From NCBI GenBank assembly GCA_038852285.1, contig JAWCKG010000001.1, positions 73,050 through 137,049 of the forward strand: a DNA stretch of 64,000 bases, given 5' to 3'. Positions 10,170 to 20,413 of this stretch are shown here, piece after piece; the stretch's first letter is position 1; every line of letters starts with the position of its first letter. A model generated the notes under the pieces. It worked only from the letters and a program-made list of their open reading frames with translations, had not been told where the DNA came from and did not search any database. The translations under genes and the position numbers were made by a program. Source of the DNA: Candidatus Bathyarchaeia archaeon. Its GTDB lineage: Archaea; Thermoproteota; Bathyarchaeia; 40CM-2-53-6; DTGE01.

Positions 10170-11469
10170 GCTGGCCCTTACCTGTTTTTGGCGTTCGGTG
10201 GAAATGTCCTCTACTCTTGAAAAGCCCATCGATCACGGCTTTAGAATAGTTCAACAGCATCGTGTAAAAGAAGATGGATAAGTAGATTAGTTTGACGAAC
10301 CCTCGAGCCCGATCCTTCAACGTGTTTTTCGACTTAAAAATCGTGGTGGTAGCGGCCGCCAGTGGAGCTGTGTAGATTACTGAGGATAAAATGACGTTGA
10401 AAATTAACAGAAGGTAGTTTTTGAGGTTTTCAAAGTAAAAGTTCTTGGGAAACATGAGGGCGTAAGCCGCTCCAACCCCCATTCCAACCAGCGAAATCGG
10501 GCATAGCGTGTATGTGGCCAAGTATATTATCGACTCAAAACGCTGAAGGAAGGTTAGGTTTTTCTCCGCGATCAAGGCTTTCCAATGCTTTTTCAAACAC
10601 TCCGTGAACCCTCGAGCCCATCGATACTGCTGGTTTTTAAGGGCCTTAAACGTAGGGGGAATCTCACCTGGAACCTCTAAGTTCGGAAGGTATATGTGTT
10701 TCCATCCGTTTATCTTCAATCGAATGGAGAGGTCGAGGTCTTCGGCTAAGGTGTCGGCTTTCCATCCACCAACCTCCACAATCGCCTCCTTCCTGAACAC
10801 GGCGCAGGTTCCGTTAAAATGGGGGATAAGGTTTGCAAGATACCGAGCGACTTGATCCACTTTATTGTATATGTCTATGGCCAAGGATATAGCCTTGGCG
10901 TACCACGAAAACTCGCCGTCAATATACGTCCATCGAGCCTGAACGAAGGCAACCCGATCATCCATATACAGGTATGGAATAACCTGCTTCAAGAAGTCTC
11001 TTGGAGGAATGAAGTCGGCGTCGAAGATCGCTATTACGTCTCCGCTGGAGGCTTCAAGGGCCCTTTGCAATGCGCCGGCCTTAAACCCCTCTCGGCTATT
11101 CCTATGGATCAGCTTTACCGAGGCATTTGTTTCCCTCATAAAGCTCTCCACGATCGCCGTGGTTCCGTCGTTAGAATCATCTATCACGATGACCTCCAAC
11201 AGTTTCTTTGGGTAGTCAAGCCGCGCACAGGCTTCCAGTATCCTTCTAGCCACTCTTCGCTCATTGTAGAATGGAAGGTGTATGCTCACATTGGGCCAAC
11301 GTCTCGGAGGAGGCGGCGTCTCATCATTCTTCTTCTTCAAAATCGATGAGGCTGTTAAGTACCATAGGTCTAGGGAGTATATGCCAGCCGCGGTGATTAA
11401 TATGGACGTTAATATTAAGATGAGTTGTTGGAGGGGACTCAGCCCCGATGGGAGAATCTTCACTTTCAC
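10153..11469 (-). CDS. Processive family-2 glycosyltransferase (cellulose/chitin/hyaluronan-synthase-like), membrane-embedded
   Basis: N-terminal TM, GT-A core with DXD (IFDADFIPP) and the processive-synthase QxxRW motif (QQYRWARG). Four C-terminal TM helices follow. Confidence 0.75.
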   Translation of the reverse strand: MKVKILPSGLSPLQQLILILTSILITAAGIYSLDLWYLTASSILKKKNDETPPPPRRWPNVSIHLPFYNERRVARRILEACARLDYPKKLLEVIVIDDSNDGTTAIVESFMRETNASVKLIHRNSREGFKAGALQRALEASSGDVIAIFDADFIPPRDFLKQVIPYLYMDDRVAFVQARWTYIDGEFSWYAKAISLAIDIYNKVDQVARYLANLIPHFNGTCAVFRKEAIVEVGGWKADTLAEDLDLSIRLKINGWKHIYLPNLEVPGEIPPTFKALKNQQYRWARGFTECLKKHWKALIAEKNLTFLQRFESIIYLATYTLCPISLVGMGVGAAYALMFPKNFYFENLKNYLLLIFNVILSSVIYTAPLAAATTTIFKSKNTLKDRARGFVKLIYLSIFFYTMLLNYSKAVIDGLFKSRGHFHRTPKTGKGQLTIHS

Positions 11470-11552
11470 TCCACTCTTCTATGAGCATTCATTTGGTCTA
11501 CGTGATTGATTTATAACTTTTATTAAATGGCCGCGAGGGTTAAATTCTATTC

Positions 11553-13769
11553 ATGAAACCTTTGAGCCTGCGCCGAGTCATCGTTTTCAGCCTGCTGTCT
11601 AGGCTGGTCTTATCACCCCTCACCGGACATCCATGGGACTTAAAGGTCTGGCTTGATGTGGGTAAACGGGTTACGGAGGGAGATATGAACCTCTACAGTC
11701 TAAACGGAAGACCTGAATGGATGTGGGGGTATTACGCTTATCCTCCAGGTTGGATGGGTTGGTGCGGGCTAGCCTACCTATTTAACTTCAACATCCACTT
11801 ATACGCAATCGTCCTGAAGCTTCCAATAATCCTCTCAGATCTAGCGACGGGCTATCTGATCTATCTTACCTTAAGGAGACTTGGTCAGTCGGAGGCTGAG
11901 TCCACATGTGGAGCGGCTCTATATTTTCTAAACCCTGTTTCGATCCTCATCTCGTCAGTTTGGGGCATGTTTGACGCCATACCAGCCATGCTCACCATCA
12001 TGGCCTTAAACCTGTTCATGGAGAAAAGCGAGCTGAGAGCTGGGATTCTGCTGGGTCTTGGCATTCTTTTTAAACTATACCCCGTCTTCCTAATATTGGC
12101 TTTTCTGGGCCAGGCTCGCCAAAGCGGAACTACGCCTCGCAAGTTGCTGGGGTTTTTATCAACAACCGCGGCGATTCCATTAGTGGCTTCCATACCCTTC
12201 ATCTTACGAGACTTCAAGGGATACGTGAACGCCCTGTTAAGCCATGCAGCTCCGTCAGGTTATATGAGCCTCTGGTTCACCATATCCCATTTATTCCACC
12301 CGTTAAAGGAGAAGAGCGGTGTATTGTTTTTAACCATGTTTATCACGTTGAATGTGTTTGTTTTTCGACGCCTCAGCCTTAGCAGGGGGTTGAACAACGA
12401 ATCAATTTACCTGACTTCATTGCTAATAATGCTTTGTTTCTTCATCGCGTCCCCTAAGGTGAATCCTCAATATGTGGTGTGGCTTTTACCTTTAGCCATC
12501 ATCGATTTCACCACCCGTCGAAGCGTTTTTACATATGGGTCGCTCAGCGGGATGACGGCTTTAACGTCCCTCATCATTACAGGAGCCATGGCTGTGAATA
12601 ACTCGTTTCTATTAGTTGACGTCGGTTTCCCAGACCCGGCCGTTGTTCAAAGCTTCATGGCTGCTATTGCGATTTCCTCGATCCTTTTTCCAATCCTATG
12701 CCTCGCCTATTTTCGCCGTACCTTAACGTTAGGAGTTTATAGGCCCCGTTGGCCAGGAAGGCTTGGCGTGACTTTAATCCTCATCATATTGGCCCTCAGC
12801 TACTTCACAGCTCCCATCCCCAAGAAGGTGGATGTGAAAACTCCTTTCATTCTATCCATGCCTGAGAGCCCGGCTACTGGGTTTACACCCATGCTTGCCG
12901 AATATGGGGTGAGGGAATTTCAGTCAAAGTATCGGAGCGATGGAGTTGTTTTACTCTTCGGCCCTGACTTCATCAACACCTACAGTGGATATGATCCGGA
13001 CAGAGATGTGAGGATGTTCTTCAAAGCGTATTACTATGATGAGTGGACGCAGAGGAGCGTTCGTGAGCTGGTTCGAAACCTGCACGAAGAGGGTGTGAAG
13101 GCGTATCTTGGAATCTTCACATTGAAGGATTATTTGGTCGATGGAAGGGGTTATGTTTCGCCATGGCTGAATAATCACAGCGAGGTCGTGGATGATAATC
13201 TCTTAAGGTTCGATAAAACCCTCCTCGAAAACGGGTCATCTCAAGCCTATTACGTTTATTTTAGCGAAAAAACTTTGAGGGTCGTGGTTGACTTCAACTT
13301 TGACGGGGTGGCCATTTTAAACCTCGTTTTAGAAGTGCCCCCCGCAGGATATTTCGAAGGTTTGTTAAAGTTGGCTGACCATTTGAATCGAACCATGGAG
13401 AAGGAGGTAATCCTCTGCGACACAATCGGAAGAAAGGCGTTCAACGACTATGAGGCGTTGCTGACTTACTCAGACCACCTCATCGTGCAGGCTTTACCTT
13501 GGTCTCGCGGCGTATACTACATGAAGGGAGAATATTGGTTTAGTAGTTTGATGCCTCAGGTAGCCGAAGCGGTGATGGGGGTAGGGCCTACCGGTAGGGC
13601 GAGGATTCTGTTAACGGTGGAGGTGATGGATGAACAGGAAGGATGGGTTAACTCACTTTATCTTATTAAAAGGGAGTTAAACGAGTTTGAAAAACTGGGG
13701 GTAGGTGGGCTCGTACTGGTTTACGCTAACCGGTTTTCTCCGTACTCGCTGAGCCGCCTTGACCTCTAA
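11553..13769 (+). CDS. Large polytopic membrane protein (738 aa), putative GT-C-fold glycosyltransferase (PMT/DUF2029-like) with a C-terminal soluble domain of about 300 aa
   Basis: At least 10 predicted TM helices in the first 430 aa. An Asp- and aromatic-rich first loop (WDLKVWLDVG..PEWMWGYYAYPPGWMGW) resembles GT-C donor-binding loops. Sits next to DPM1-like and QxxRW GTs. The functional call is inference. Confidence 0.45.
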   Translation: MKPLSLRRVIVFSLLSRLVLSPLTGHPWDLKVWLDVGKRVTEGDMNLYSLNGRPEWMWGYYAYPPGWMGWCGLAYLFNFNIHLYAIVLKLPIILSDLATGYLIYLTLRRLGQSEAESTCGAALYFLNPVSILISSVWGMFDAIPAMLTIMALNLFMEKSELRAGILLGLGILFKLYPVFLILAFLGQARQSGTTPRKLLGFLSTTAAIPLVASIPFILRDFKGYVNALLSHAAPSGYMSLWFTISHLFHPLKEKSGVLFLTMFITLNVFVFRRLSLSRGLNNESIYLTSLLIMLCFFIASPKVNPQYVVWLLPLAIIDFTTRRSVFTYGSLSGMTALTSLIITGAMAVNNSFLLVDVGFPDPAVVQSFMAAIAISSILFPILCLAYFRRTLTLGVYRPRWPGRLGVTLILIILALSYFTAPIPKKVDVKTPFILSMPESPATGFTPMLAEYGVREFQSKYRSDGVVLLFGPDFINTYSGYDPDRDVRMFFKAYYYDEWTQRSVRELVRNLHEEGVKAYLGIFTLKDYLVDGRGYVSPWLNNHSEVVDDNLLRFDKTLLENGSSQAYYVYFSEKTLRVVVDFNFDGVAILNLVLEVPPAGYFEGLLKLADHLNRTMEKEVILCDTIGRKAFNDYEALLTYSDHLIVQALPWSRGVYYMKGEYWFSSLMPQVAEAVMGVGPTGRARILLTVEVMDEQEGWVNSLYLIKRELNEFEKLGVGGLVLVYANRFSPYSLSRLDL

Positions 13770-15795
13770 ACCTTTTCACATAGCAGTTGGGGCACGTTAA
13801 CAAAGGCCTTCGACGCGTAGTCTTGACCTGAACCATTTGAAACCCACATTCCGAGCATTTCTTATCCGTAAGCGTTAATTTACCGGTCTGGGGAAGCGGG
13901 AGTGTGAAGCCGCATCTATTCGAACAACCAATAAACCTCTTCCCTGTGCTGCGGCTTTTAACCACCTTCATAGGGGCCCCGCAGCTTGGACACGGCGTAT
14001 TTAAGGCTTTGTTCTCAGTTTTCATTCGTTTTAAAGCCTCAGACAGCTGGCTTCCCACGTTATTCTCCTCAAGCTTCAATTTTAGTAGGGCGTTCCTGAG
14101 GTTTACGGATGACTGGTAGACGACTTCTTCCCTAGTTTTCAACCCTAACTCGATTTTCTGCATTTGCTCTTCAAGGCTTCTTGTTAAATCCACATCTATG
14201 ATCTCGGGGCAGTAATGCGACAGAAGGTCTATGACCTTTTGAGCTAGGATTGTGGCCTTCATCTGCTCGCCTTCTACATATCCTCGGCTGTAGAGCGTGT
14301 CGATAATGTCGGCTCTGGTGGCTTTCGTGCCGATTTCCTCTCTCTCCATCCTTTTCAGCAAGCTTCCAGGGTTAAACCGAGGTGGTGGCTGAGTATACTT
14401 TAACTGAACGACGGACTTTAGAACCTTCACCTTCATGCCTTCCTCGATGAACGGTATGGGCTGACCTTCCGCTTCCAAGTGAGGGTAGATCTCTGTCCAT
14501 CCTGGCTCCAAAACTCTTAAACCCTTCAAGTAAAACGAATAGCCTTCCACGTCGATTTCAGCCCTGAGAAACTCCTTCAGCGAGGGCCTCGCGAAAGTCG
14601 AGAGAAAACGCCTCACTATCAGGTCATATATCTTTTCTCCATAGCTGGGCAGGGGTTGGATTGGACGCTGACCCGTAGGATAGATGGCGGGGTGCGCTGG
14701 ATCCGATTTAGGCCCTTCTATAGGCTTTAAAGGCGACTCCAACTTCGCTATGTATTCTCGATATTTGGTCTCCTTCAACTTCTCCACAATTTCACGGTAG
14801 CCTATAGAGGGGGGGAGCTTCTGGCTCCCAGTTCTCGGATAGGAGATTAACGCGTCTAAGTATAGTCGTTCAGCCACGTTTAAAGTAAGTTTAGGAGGAT
14901 ATCGAAATCGTCTGTACGCTTCGGATTGTAAGGAGGCGATGTCAAACGGAGGTGGGGGAGGAGTTTTAACAAACGTTTTTCGAACCTCTCTCACCACTCC
15001 ATCCGCTTTTTCGCATCGCCTACGCACCTCATCGGCTGCTTGGGCGCTCTCAATTTTGACCGAATACTCGGCTTTCAGCCTCACTCCGTCTACTTCAACA
15101 TTTAGATAGGCTTCCCAGTATGGGTTTGGAACGTATGTTAAAATTTCCTTCTCTCTTTCAACGATGAATTTTAATGTGGGGCCTTGAACCCTACCCGTGC
15201 TTAGGGTTGAGTATCGGCCACTGACGTTTCTCGCCGACTCGGTTAAGGCCCTTGAAAGATTTATTCCGTAAAGCCAGTCCACTTCATGCCTACACATGCC
15301 GGCATGGATGAGCGGGTAGTCTAACGTCGGTGACCGGTTCTTGTAAGCTTCCCTCAACTCTTGATCCGTTAACGTGCTGAACTTCATTCGACCGGCCTGA
15401 ACCGATCCGCAAGCGTATTTTACTATCGTATATCCGATTACAGAGCCCTCTACGTCGTAGTCGCAAGCGTTGACGATCTGGTCTACGTTCCGGGAAAGGC
15501 TAGCGATAACTTCGATGTAGGCTTTACACTTCACGGATTTTCTGTCGGATTCATGTTTGGGTTTCCAAGCGTAGTCCCACACTGGATACTCCCTCCGGCT
15601 TGAATCGTCTTTCTGCGCTACCTCGTAGAGGTGGCCTAGGGCGCTGCAAATCAATATATCCTCCTCAGGTGTTGCTAACTTGAAATATGTGACGCCGCGA
15701 TCTATTTCCTTCACCGGTTTTTCACAGGCCAACGCGCAGGCGATCCTTTCAGCGGCCGCGGGTTTTTCGCATACGATGAGTATCTTACGCTTCAA
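13726..15795 (-). CDS. topA: DNA topoisomerase, type IA (Topo I/III-like) with C-terminal Zn ribbons
   Basis: N-terminal Toprim MKRKILIVCEKPAAAERIA. Central topo-IA core. C-terminal CPSCGAPM..CSNRC and CSECG..CPNC zinc ribbons. At 689 aa with no helicase domain it is not reverse gyrase. Confidence 0.9.
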   Translation of the reverse strand: MKRKILIVCEKPAAAERIACALACEKPVKEIDRGVTYFKLATPEEDILICSALGHLYEVAQKDDSSRREYPVWDYAWKPKHESDRKSVKCKAYIEVIASLSRNVDQIVNACDYDVEGSVIGYTIVKYACGSVQAGRMKFSTLTDQELREAYKNRSPTLDYPLIHAGMCRHEVDWLYGINLSRALTESARNVSGRYSTLSTGRVQGPTLKFIVEREKEILTYVPNPYWEAYLNVEVDGVRLKAEYSVKIESAQAADEVRRRCEKADGVVREVRKTFVKTPPPPPFDIASLQSEAYRRFRYPPKLTLNVAERLYLDALISYPRTGSQKLPPSIGYREIVEKLKETKYREYIAKLESPLKPIEGPKSDPAHPAIYPTGQRPIQPLPSYGEKIYDLIVRRFLSTFARPSLKEFLRAEIDVEGYSFYLKGLRVLEPGWTEIYPHLEAEGQPIPFIEEGMKVKVLKSVVQLKYTQPPPRFNPGSLLKRMEREEIGTKATRADIIDTLYSRGYVEGEQMKATILAQKVIDLLSHYCPEIIDVDLTRSLEEQMQKIELGLKTREEVVYQSSVNLRNALLKLKLEENNVGSQLSEALKRMKTENKALNTPCPSCGAPMKVVKSRSTGKRFIGCSNRCGFTLPLPQTGKLTLTDKKCSECGFQMVQVKTTRRRPLLTCPNCYVKRFRGQGGSASTEKTG

Positions 15796-16042
15796 TCTCC
15801 GATCTAACCCTTAAATGCTCGATGACGGCTTTAACGGCCAGGCCTGTTTCCTTCAATCCATAAACCTTTTCCAAATAGTCTTTAAACTCCAGTTTCCCGT
15901 CGAAGGCTTTGAGCCAAACGTCGTAGCCTAGCCTCAGTTTTTCATAGGCTTCTTCGTGAATTGCACAGTACTCGCTTTGAGGTGACCGTGCCCCACATAT
16001 AGGGCACCGCTGATCAGAAAGCTTCATCCCCAAAGTTCTCAT
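15785..16042 (-). CDS. Small Zn-ribbon protein (85 aa), hypothetical
   Basis: CPICG...CAIH Cys/His cluster. Overlaps the topA start by 11 nt and the upstream ORF by 4 nt, which suggests translational coupling. Confidence 0.4.
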   Translation of the reverse strand: MRTLGMKLSDQRCPICGARSPQSEYCAIHEEAYEKLRLGYDVWLKAFDGKLEFKDYLEKVYGLKETGLAVKAVIEHLRVRSEIEA

Positions 16043-16557
16043 CCCCTTTTGCCCGGTCTAGGCGCGAGAGAGCCGATGAGAAGCATTGTTGATGCTGCGA
16101 ACTGGGCAACGGCGTATTTCACAATTACAGGCCACTGGATGAAAGGTTGAATAAGTTGAACGATGTTTTCAGCTGAGGCTTTAAAAGACGGCTCAATGGA
16201 CGCCAGGTAAGCCGCCACCCTAACTGGTAACGGTGATGAAAGTATGAACAACCCGAACAGGGATCCCGCGTATAAGAACAATAGGAGCGAAGAAAACGCC
16301 GCTGCCTTATACGATGGCCGCGTGGCAGTCCTCCACTTTCCCATCAATGACCCGCGTATTGAATAACTCCAGGAGGCCGCTGCTTGTAGGATGGTGGCAC
16401 CCGACACCAACCAGATTAAGGGAATGGAGTGTTTGAAATAGGGCGTTGTGAACGTAGTTTGTAATGGTGAGGCCTCGACGTATCTTGTAAAGTAGAGTTG
16501 GATGGCTGTGAAGGCTAGCATGTATAGTATGAGGTTGGCGGCGGATTTTCGACTCAT
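16039..16557 (-). CDS. Membrane protein, hypothetical (172 aa, 4-5 TM)
   Basis: Hydrophobic ORF in the guaB-topA string. Confidence 0.4.
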   Translation of the reverse strand: MSRKSAANLILYMLAFTAIQLYFTRYVEASPLQTTFTTPYFKHSIPLIWLVSGATILQAAASWSYSIRGSLMGKWRTATRPSYKAAAFSSLLLFLYAGSLFGLFILSSPLPVRVAAYLASIEPSFKASAENIVQLIQPFIQWPVIVKYAVAQFAASTMLLIGSLAPRPGKRG

Positions 16558-16598
16558 TCCAGAATCCTCCTCGAGCTGATCGGTTTTCCAGAGCGCCT

Positions 16599-18068
16599 TT
16601 AGGATTCCACATACTGTCTTCTATAGTTTCTCGGCTCCTTTGAGATTCGAACCGTGGGATGGGCTTCCCTTTGTCCTCCAACGCTTACCTCGATGAGCTC
16701 CACTCTCCTACGAAACTCAGCTATGTTTCTGGATCCTGTATATCCCATGGCGTGCTTTAACCCACCAACCATGTCGCTTAGGATTTCAGAGGCTGAGCCC
16801 ACATAGTCGACGATTGCTTCAACCCCTTCAGGGACGATCTTCCCTCTGGCGTCCATGAAGTATCTTCCAAGCCCGAATCTTTTCTCCAAGGCCCCTTCAG
16901 ACCCCATACCTCTATACTCCTTGTAAAGCCTGCCCTCCAAGACTATTTTCCGTCCTGGAGCCTCCTCGGTTCCCGCCAGCAGGTTTCCAATCATCACGGC
17001 GCTGGCTCCCGCCGCTATCGCCTTAGCTATATCCCCGTATTGCTTTATCCCCCCGTCCGATATGATTGGTATCCCATGAGCTTCGGCTGATTCAACGCAT
17101 CGTTCAATCGCCGTGATTTGTGGCACCCCAACCCCGGTCACAACCCTAGTCGTGCATATCGACCCTGAGCCAACTCCAACTTTCACGGCGTCGGCGCCAG
17201 CTGAAGCCAGATCCTCCACCCCCTCACCGGTTACCACGTTTCCAGCTATCACCTCAACATCGTACATTCGCTTAACGTCTTTCACCGTTTTGATGACGTT
17301 CTTTGAATGGCCGTGAGCTGAATCCACCACTATTACGTCCACACCGGCTTCGTAGAGGGCATCAACCCTTGTAAGGTCGTTTACCCCCACCGCCGCCCCC
17401 ACCAGCAGTCTTCCATACTTATCTCTTGTAGCGTTTGGAAACTGCTCCTTTTTCAAAATATCCTTCACAGTTATCAAGCCTTCTAAATCGCCTTTCTCAT
17501 CGACGACCAGAAGCTTTTCAATCTTGTTTTTCTGCAGTATCCTCTTCGCCTCCTCCCTGGTGATCCCTTTATTAACTGTGATGAGTCTGGTTGTCATGAG
17601 ATCCCTTACCTTTAAAGACTCATCCTCCACGAACCTGATATCCCTTTTTGTAATGATGCCTGTTAACTTGTTTCCCTCGATGACGGGTATGCCTGATATG
17701 TTGTGATTCCGCATTAAATCTTTAATGTGGCCTACAGACTCTTCGGGACTTGTGGTTATGGGCTTTTCAATGATCCAGCTTTCATACCTCTTAACCCTTT
17801 GAACCTCCTCAACCTGTTTTTCAGTTGGGAGGTATTGGTGGATTACCCCTAACCCACCATTCTGGGCCATGGTAATGGCCATCTGGCTTTCAGTCACCGT
17901 GTCCATGGCCGCGCTGACAATTGGAATGTTTAGCTTGATGTTCCGAGTTAAAGGCGAGGACACATCAATTTCAGAGGGCAAAATCTCGGAGTATCTTGGG
18001 ACTATCGTAACGTCATCGAAGGTCAAACCATAAGCCTTTGAAGACGCTTTTCCTCTCCGCGTCACCAT
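16599..18068 (-). CDS. guaB: Inosine-5'-monophosphate dehydrogenase with CBS pair
   Basis: GGLGVIH, the CBS domain pair, catalytic loop [16 protein letters not shown] and [12 protein letters not shown]. Confidence 0.9.
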   Translation of the reverse strand: MVTRRGKASSKAYGLTFDDVTIVPRYSEILPSEIDVSSPLTRNIKLNIPIVSAAMDTVTESQMAITMAQNGGLGVIHQYLPTEKQVEEVQRVKRYESWIIEKPITTSPEESVGHIKDLMRNHNISGIPVIEGNKLTGIITKRDIRFVEDESLKVRDLMTTRLITVNKGITREEAKRILQKNKIEKLLVVDEKGDLEGLITVKDILKKEQFPNATRDKYGRLLVGAAVGVNDLTRVDALYEAGVDVIVVDSAHGHSKNVIKTVKDVKRMYDVEVIAGNVVTGEGVEDLASAGADAVKVGVGSGSICTTRVVTGVGVPQITAIERCVESAEAHGIPIISDGGIKQYGDIAKAIAAGASAVMIGNLLAGTEEAPGRKIVLEGRLYKEYRGMGSEGALEKRFGLGRYFMDARGKIVPEGVEAIVDYVGSASEILSDMVGGLKHAMGYTGSRNIAEFRRRVELIEVSVGGQREAHPTVRISKEPRNYRRQYVES

Positions 18069-18777
18069 ACAATATTGGAATGAGAACTAGGATTTATACA
18101 TTATCGAGGTTCATCGGCAATCCCCCTAGGTTGTAGATAGGAATATTTCTCATGTTTCTGATTAAACGGCAAGAAGTTCCCGCTGCAATCTTAACTAACT
18201 TGGGGAATAGATAGTGATCGGTTGATTTCTTCATTCGCCGCGCTTCTGGCCCTTCTTGAATTCTCCCCTCTTCTTTTTAACCATTCGGGGCTTGCCCAAC
18301 TTTCGGTCGCCTCAGCGAAATAAACGTCAGTCTCATTTAAAAACTCTACGAGAAGGCGAAAAAAGAGCGCACAGGTATGTGGATGAAGGCGAATCTGTAA
18401 GGGGAATAGTATGAGGAGGCCTTTCATTAACTGTTTGCGCATGTGCGGCCTTAAAAACGCGATATCGTTATTACTGAAGCTGGTTATGATGAAGCTTTAA
18501 AGCGGAGCAACTTTGGGATTGCTGTTTACTGTCGATAGCCAATCCTAGTAGATCACGCTGAGCGGTGGAGAAAAGCTGTGAGAGTTGACGGTTATATAAA
18601 AAGGACTGACTTTCGTAAATTGTAGGCACCCTCCGAAGAGATTTCAAAGGTCTTAAAATAGAAAGGAGGCTCGTCTGCCATCGAGCCCACCCCTGTTTAT
18701 AGAAGCCTAAACTATAAAACGGTGGAAGGTGAAATCCCGAATATGCGTTAATGGTTCGCTGAAGTGGAGGGTAGCCT

Positions 18778-19614
18778 GTGAACCGATGGAAAGATAAGTA
18801 TCGTTGGCTCGAGCGTTTCATCTTGGAGAAGGGCGTGGGCGGTGTGGTTATAGCCTTTTCCGGCGGCGTGGACAGCTCTACCCTCACAGCTGTGACCTAT
18901 AGGCTATTGGGAGACAGGGTGGTAGCGGTAACAGCCTCCTCCCCTACATATCCCCCTGAGGAGTTGGAGGAGGCCAAACAGGTTGCGAGTGAGATAGGCG
19001 TAAAACACATGGTTTTGGAGTCGGATGAGTTGAGTATTGAAGAGTTTTGTAGAAACCCTGAGAATCGTTGCTATTACTGTAAAGGACATCTGCTGAATCG
19101 ATTGCTGGGTGTAGCGGAGGAGTTGGGTTTCAAGGTCGTGTTTGAGGGAACCAACTTATCGGATCTAAATGGGCATCGGCCTGGTTTCCAAGCGGTGGTG
19201 GAGCGGGCCAACGTTTTCAGCCCATGGGTTGAGGCTCGGTTCACTAAGGAGGAGGTTCGAGCCCTAGCGAAAAAGCTGGGCCTTTCAGTTGCGGACAAAC
19301 CCTCCTACGCGTGTTTAAGCTCAAGGATACCGTTCGGGGAGAGGATAACAGAGGATAAGCTTAGAAGGGCTTGGATGGCGGAGCGAGCGGTGAAGAGTTT
19401 GACGGGTGCTAGGCAAGTGAGGGTAAGAGACCACGATAGCCTCGCCCGCATAGAGGTAGATGAAAAGGAGAGGAGGCTTTTCTTCAGCGAAGATGTCATG
19501 GATAAGGTCGCTTCGGAGCTGAAAAGGTTGGGGTTTAAATACGTAACGGTGGATTTAGAAGGGTACCGGTCTGGGAGTATGCTTCACGCTTTAAAGTGGG
19601 AGAAGGTTAATTAA
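18778..19614 (+). CDS. PP-loop ATP pyrophosphatase, LarE-like (TIGR00268/COG1606 family) sulfur-transferase-type protein
   Basis: PP-loop SGGVDSS, CYYCK, and the LarE-type conserved Cys in SYACLSSRIPFG. Confidence 0.7.
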   Translation: MNRWKDKYRWLERFILEKGVGGVVIAFSGGVDSSTLTAVTYRLLGDRVVAVTASSPTYPPEELEEAKQVASEIGVKHMVLESDELSIEEFCRNPENRCYYCKGHLLNRLLGVAEELGFKVVFEGTNLSDLNGHRPGFQAVVERANVFSPWVEARFTKEEVRALAKKLGLSVADKPSYACLSSRIPFGERITEDKLRRAWMAERAVKSLTGARQVRVRDHDSLARIEVDEKERRLFFSEDVMDKVASELKRLGFKYVTVDLEGYRSGSMLHALKWEKVN

Positions 19615-19894
19615 CGATAATTTTAGACTCACATCTTTTGCCATTTTGGCTATGTAGACCATTCGGGTTATGATCAGTCAGAGTGGTGATATGAGCCTTC
19701 AAGAATTAATTAATTTTAAGCCGTGGAGGAGGGCTTTAACTGCGAACTCAGCTGACTGTGAGCCTTACACGTCCATTTGAATTCACGTCTCTCCACGTCC
19801 CCCATCGCAGATTTTAACGTCCCCATAGATTGTCCAAGTTGTTGGACATTCCTCTACCATTTTTGCTTTCTCATCGACTTGCAAGTTTTCTTCA

Positions 19895-20341
19895 TTAAAT
19901 GTCCTTCCACAGCTTGAGGGCAGGCTCAGCGGACGTGACGACCGTCCCAGCGGCCCAGTCGCCTAACCTCTGCTTTTTACTCGACCTCCAAATCAATATC
20001 GCCCCGATGATGTATAGGAAGGGAAGGAAGTCGATGAGGCGAAATCCATTTCGAATGAAAGCGGCTTTAAACTCGCATTTCGACCCATCCTCCATGACGA
20101 CCTTAATGCCGACTAGCTTCTTCCCACCAGTAGCGCCTAAGAAGCCTTCAAGCAGGAAAAAGTATAGGAACGAGGCAGTCGTCCATATCATAGCCGCTGT
20201 CAGAAATTTGGGTTCTGTAATTTCCCATGTTAGGGATCTGTAAAATCCATATCCGATGGCTACATAAATTATGGAAAGGATGACCCAGTCGACGATCTGG
20301 GCCGCAAGCCTTACACCTATCCCTTCATGGGTGATTTCCAC
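19895..20341 (-). CDS. RDD-family membrane protein
   Basis: 148 aa with 3 TM helices and a C-terminal RLGDWAAGTVV motif typical of RDD proteins. Confidence 0.55.
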   Translation of the reverse strand: MEITHEGIGVRLAAQIVDWVILSIIYVAIGYGFYRSLTWEITEPKFLTAAMIWTTASFLYFFLLEGFLGATGGKKLVGIKVVMEDGSKCEFKAAFIRNGFRLIDFLPFLYIIGAILIWRSSKKQRLGDWAAGTVVTSAEPALKLWKDI

Positions 20342-20413
20342 GCTGAATCGAACCTGTTACGATCGGCTTTTCTTTAAAAATCCGTTGAAGATCCGATAAA
20401 AGGTTGGGGCATG

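Noticed and set aside
13726-15795. Reverse gyrase
   Set aside because: The 689-aa type IA topoisomerase lacks the N-terminal helicase domain. It is called Topo I/III-like instead.
16636-16656. GGTTCGAATC-like T-loop motif (minus strand), checked as a possible tRNA
   Set aside because: It lies inside the guaB coding frame, and the flanking sequence cannot form a T-stem or the other tRNA arms.
18191-18887. Minus-strand ORFs 18191..18442 and 18471..18887
   Set aside because: They lie in the guaB/larE-like intergenic region. The second runs into the larE-like start on the other strand. Neither has motifs and both have a Ser/Arg/Leu-rich composition typical of spurious frames.
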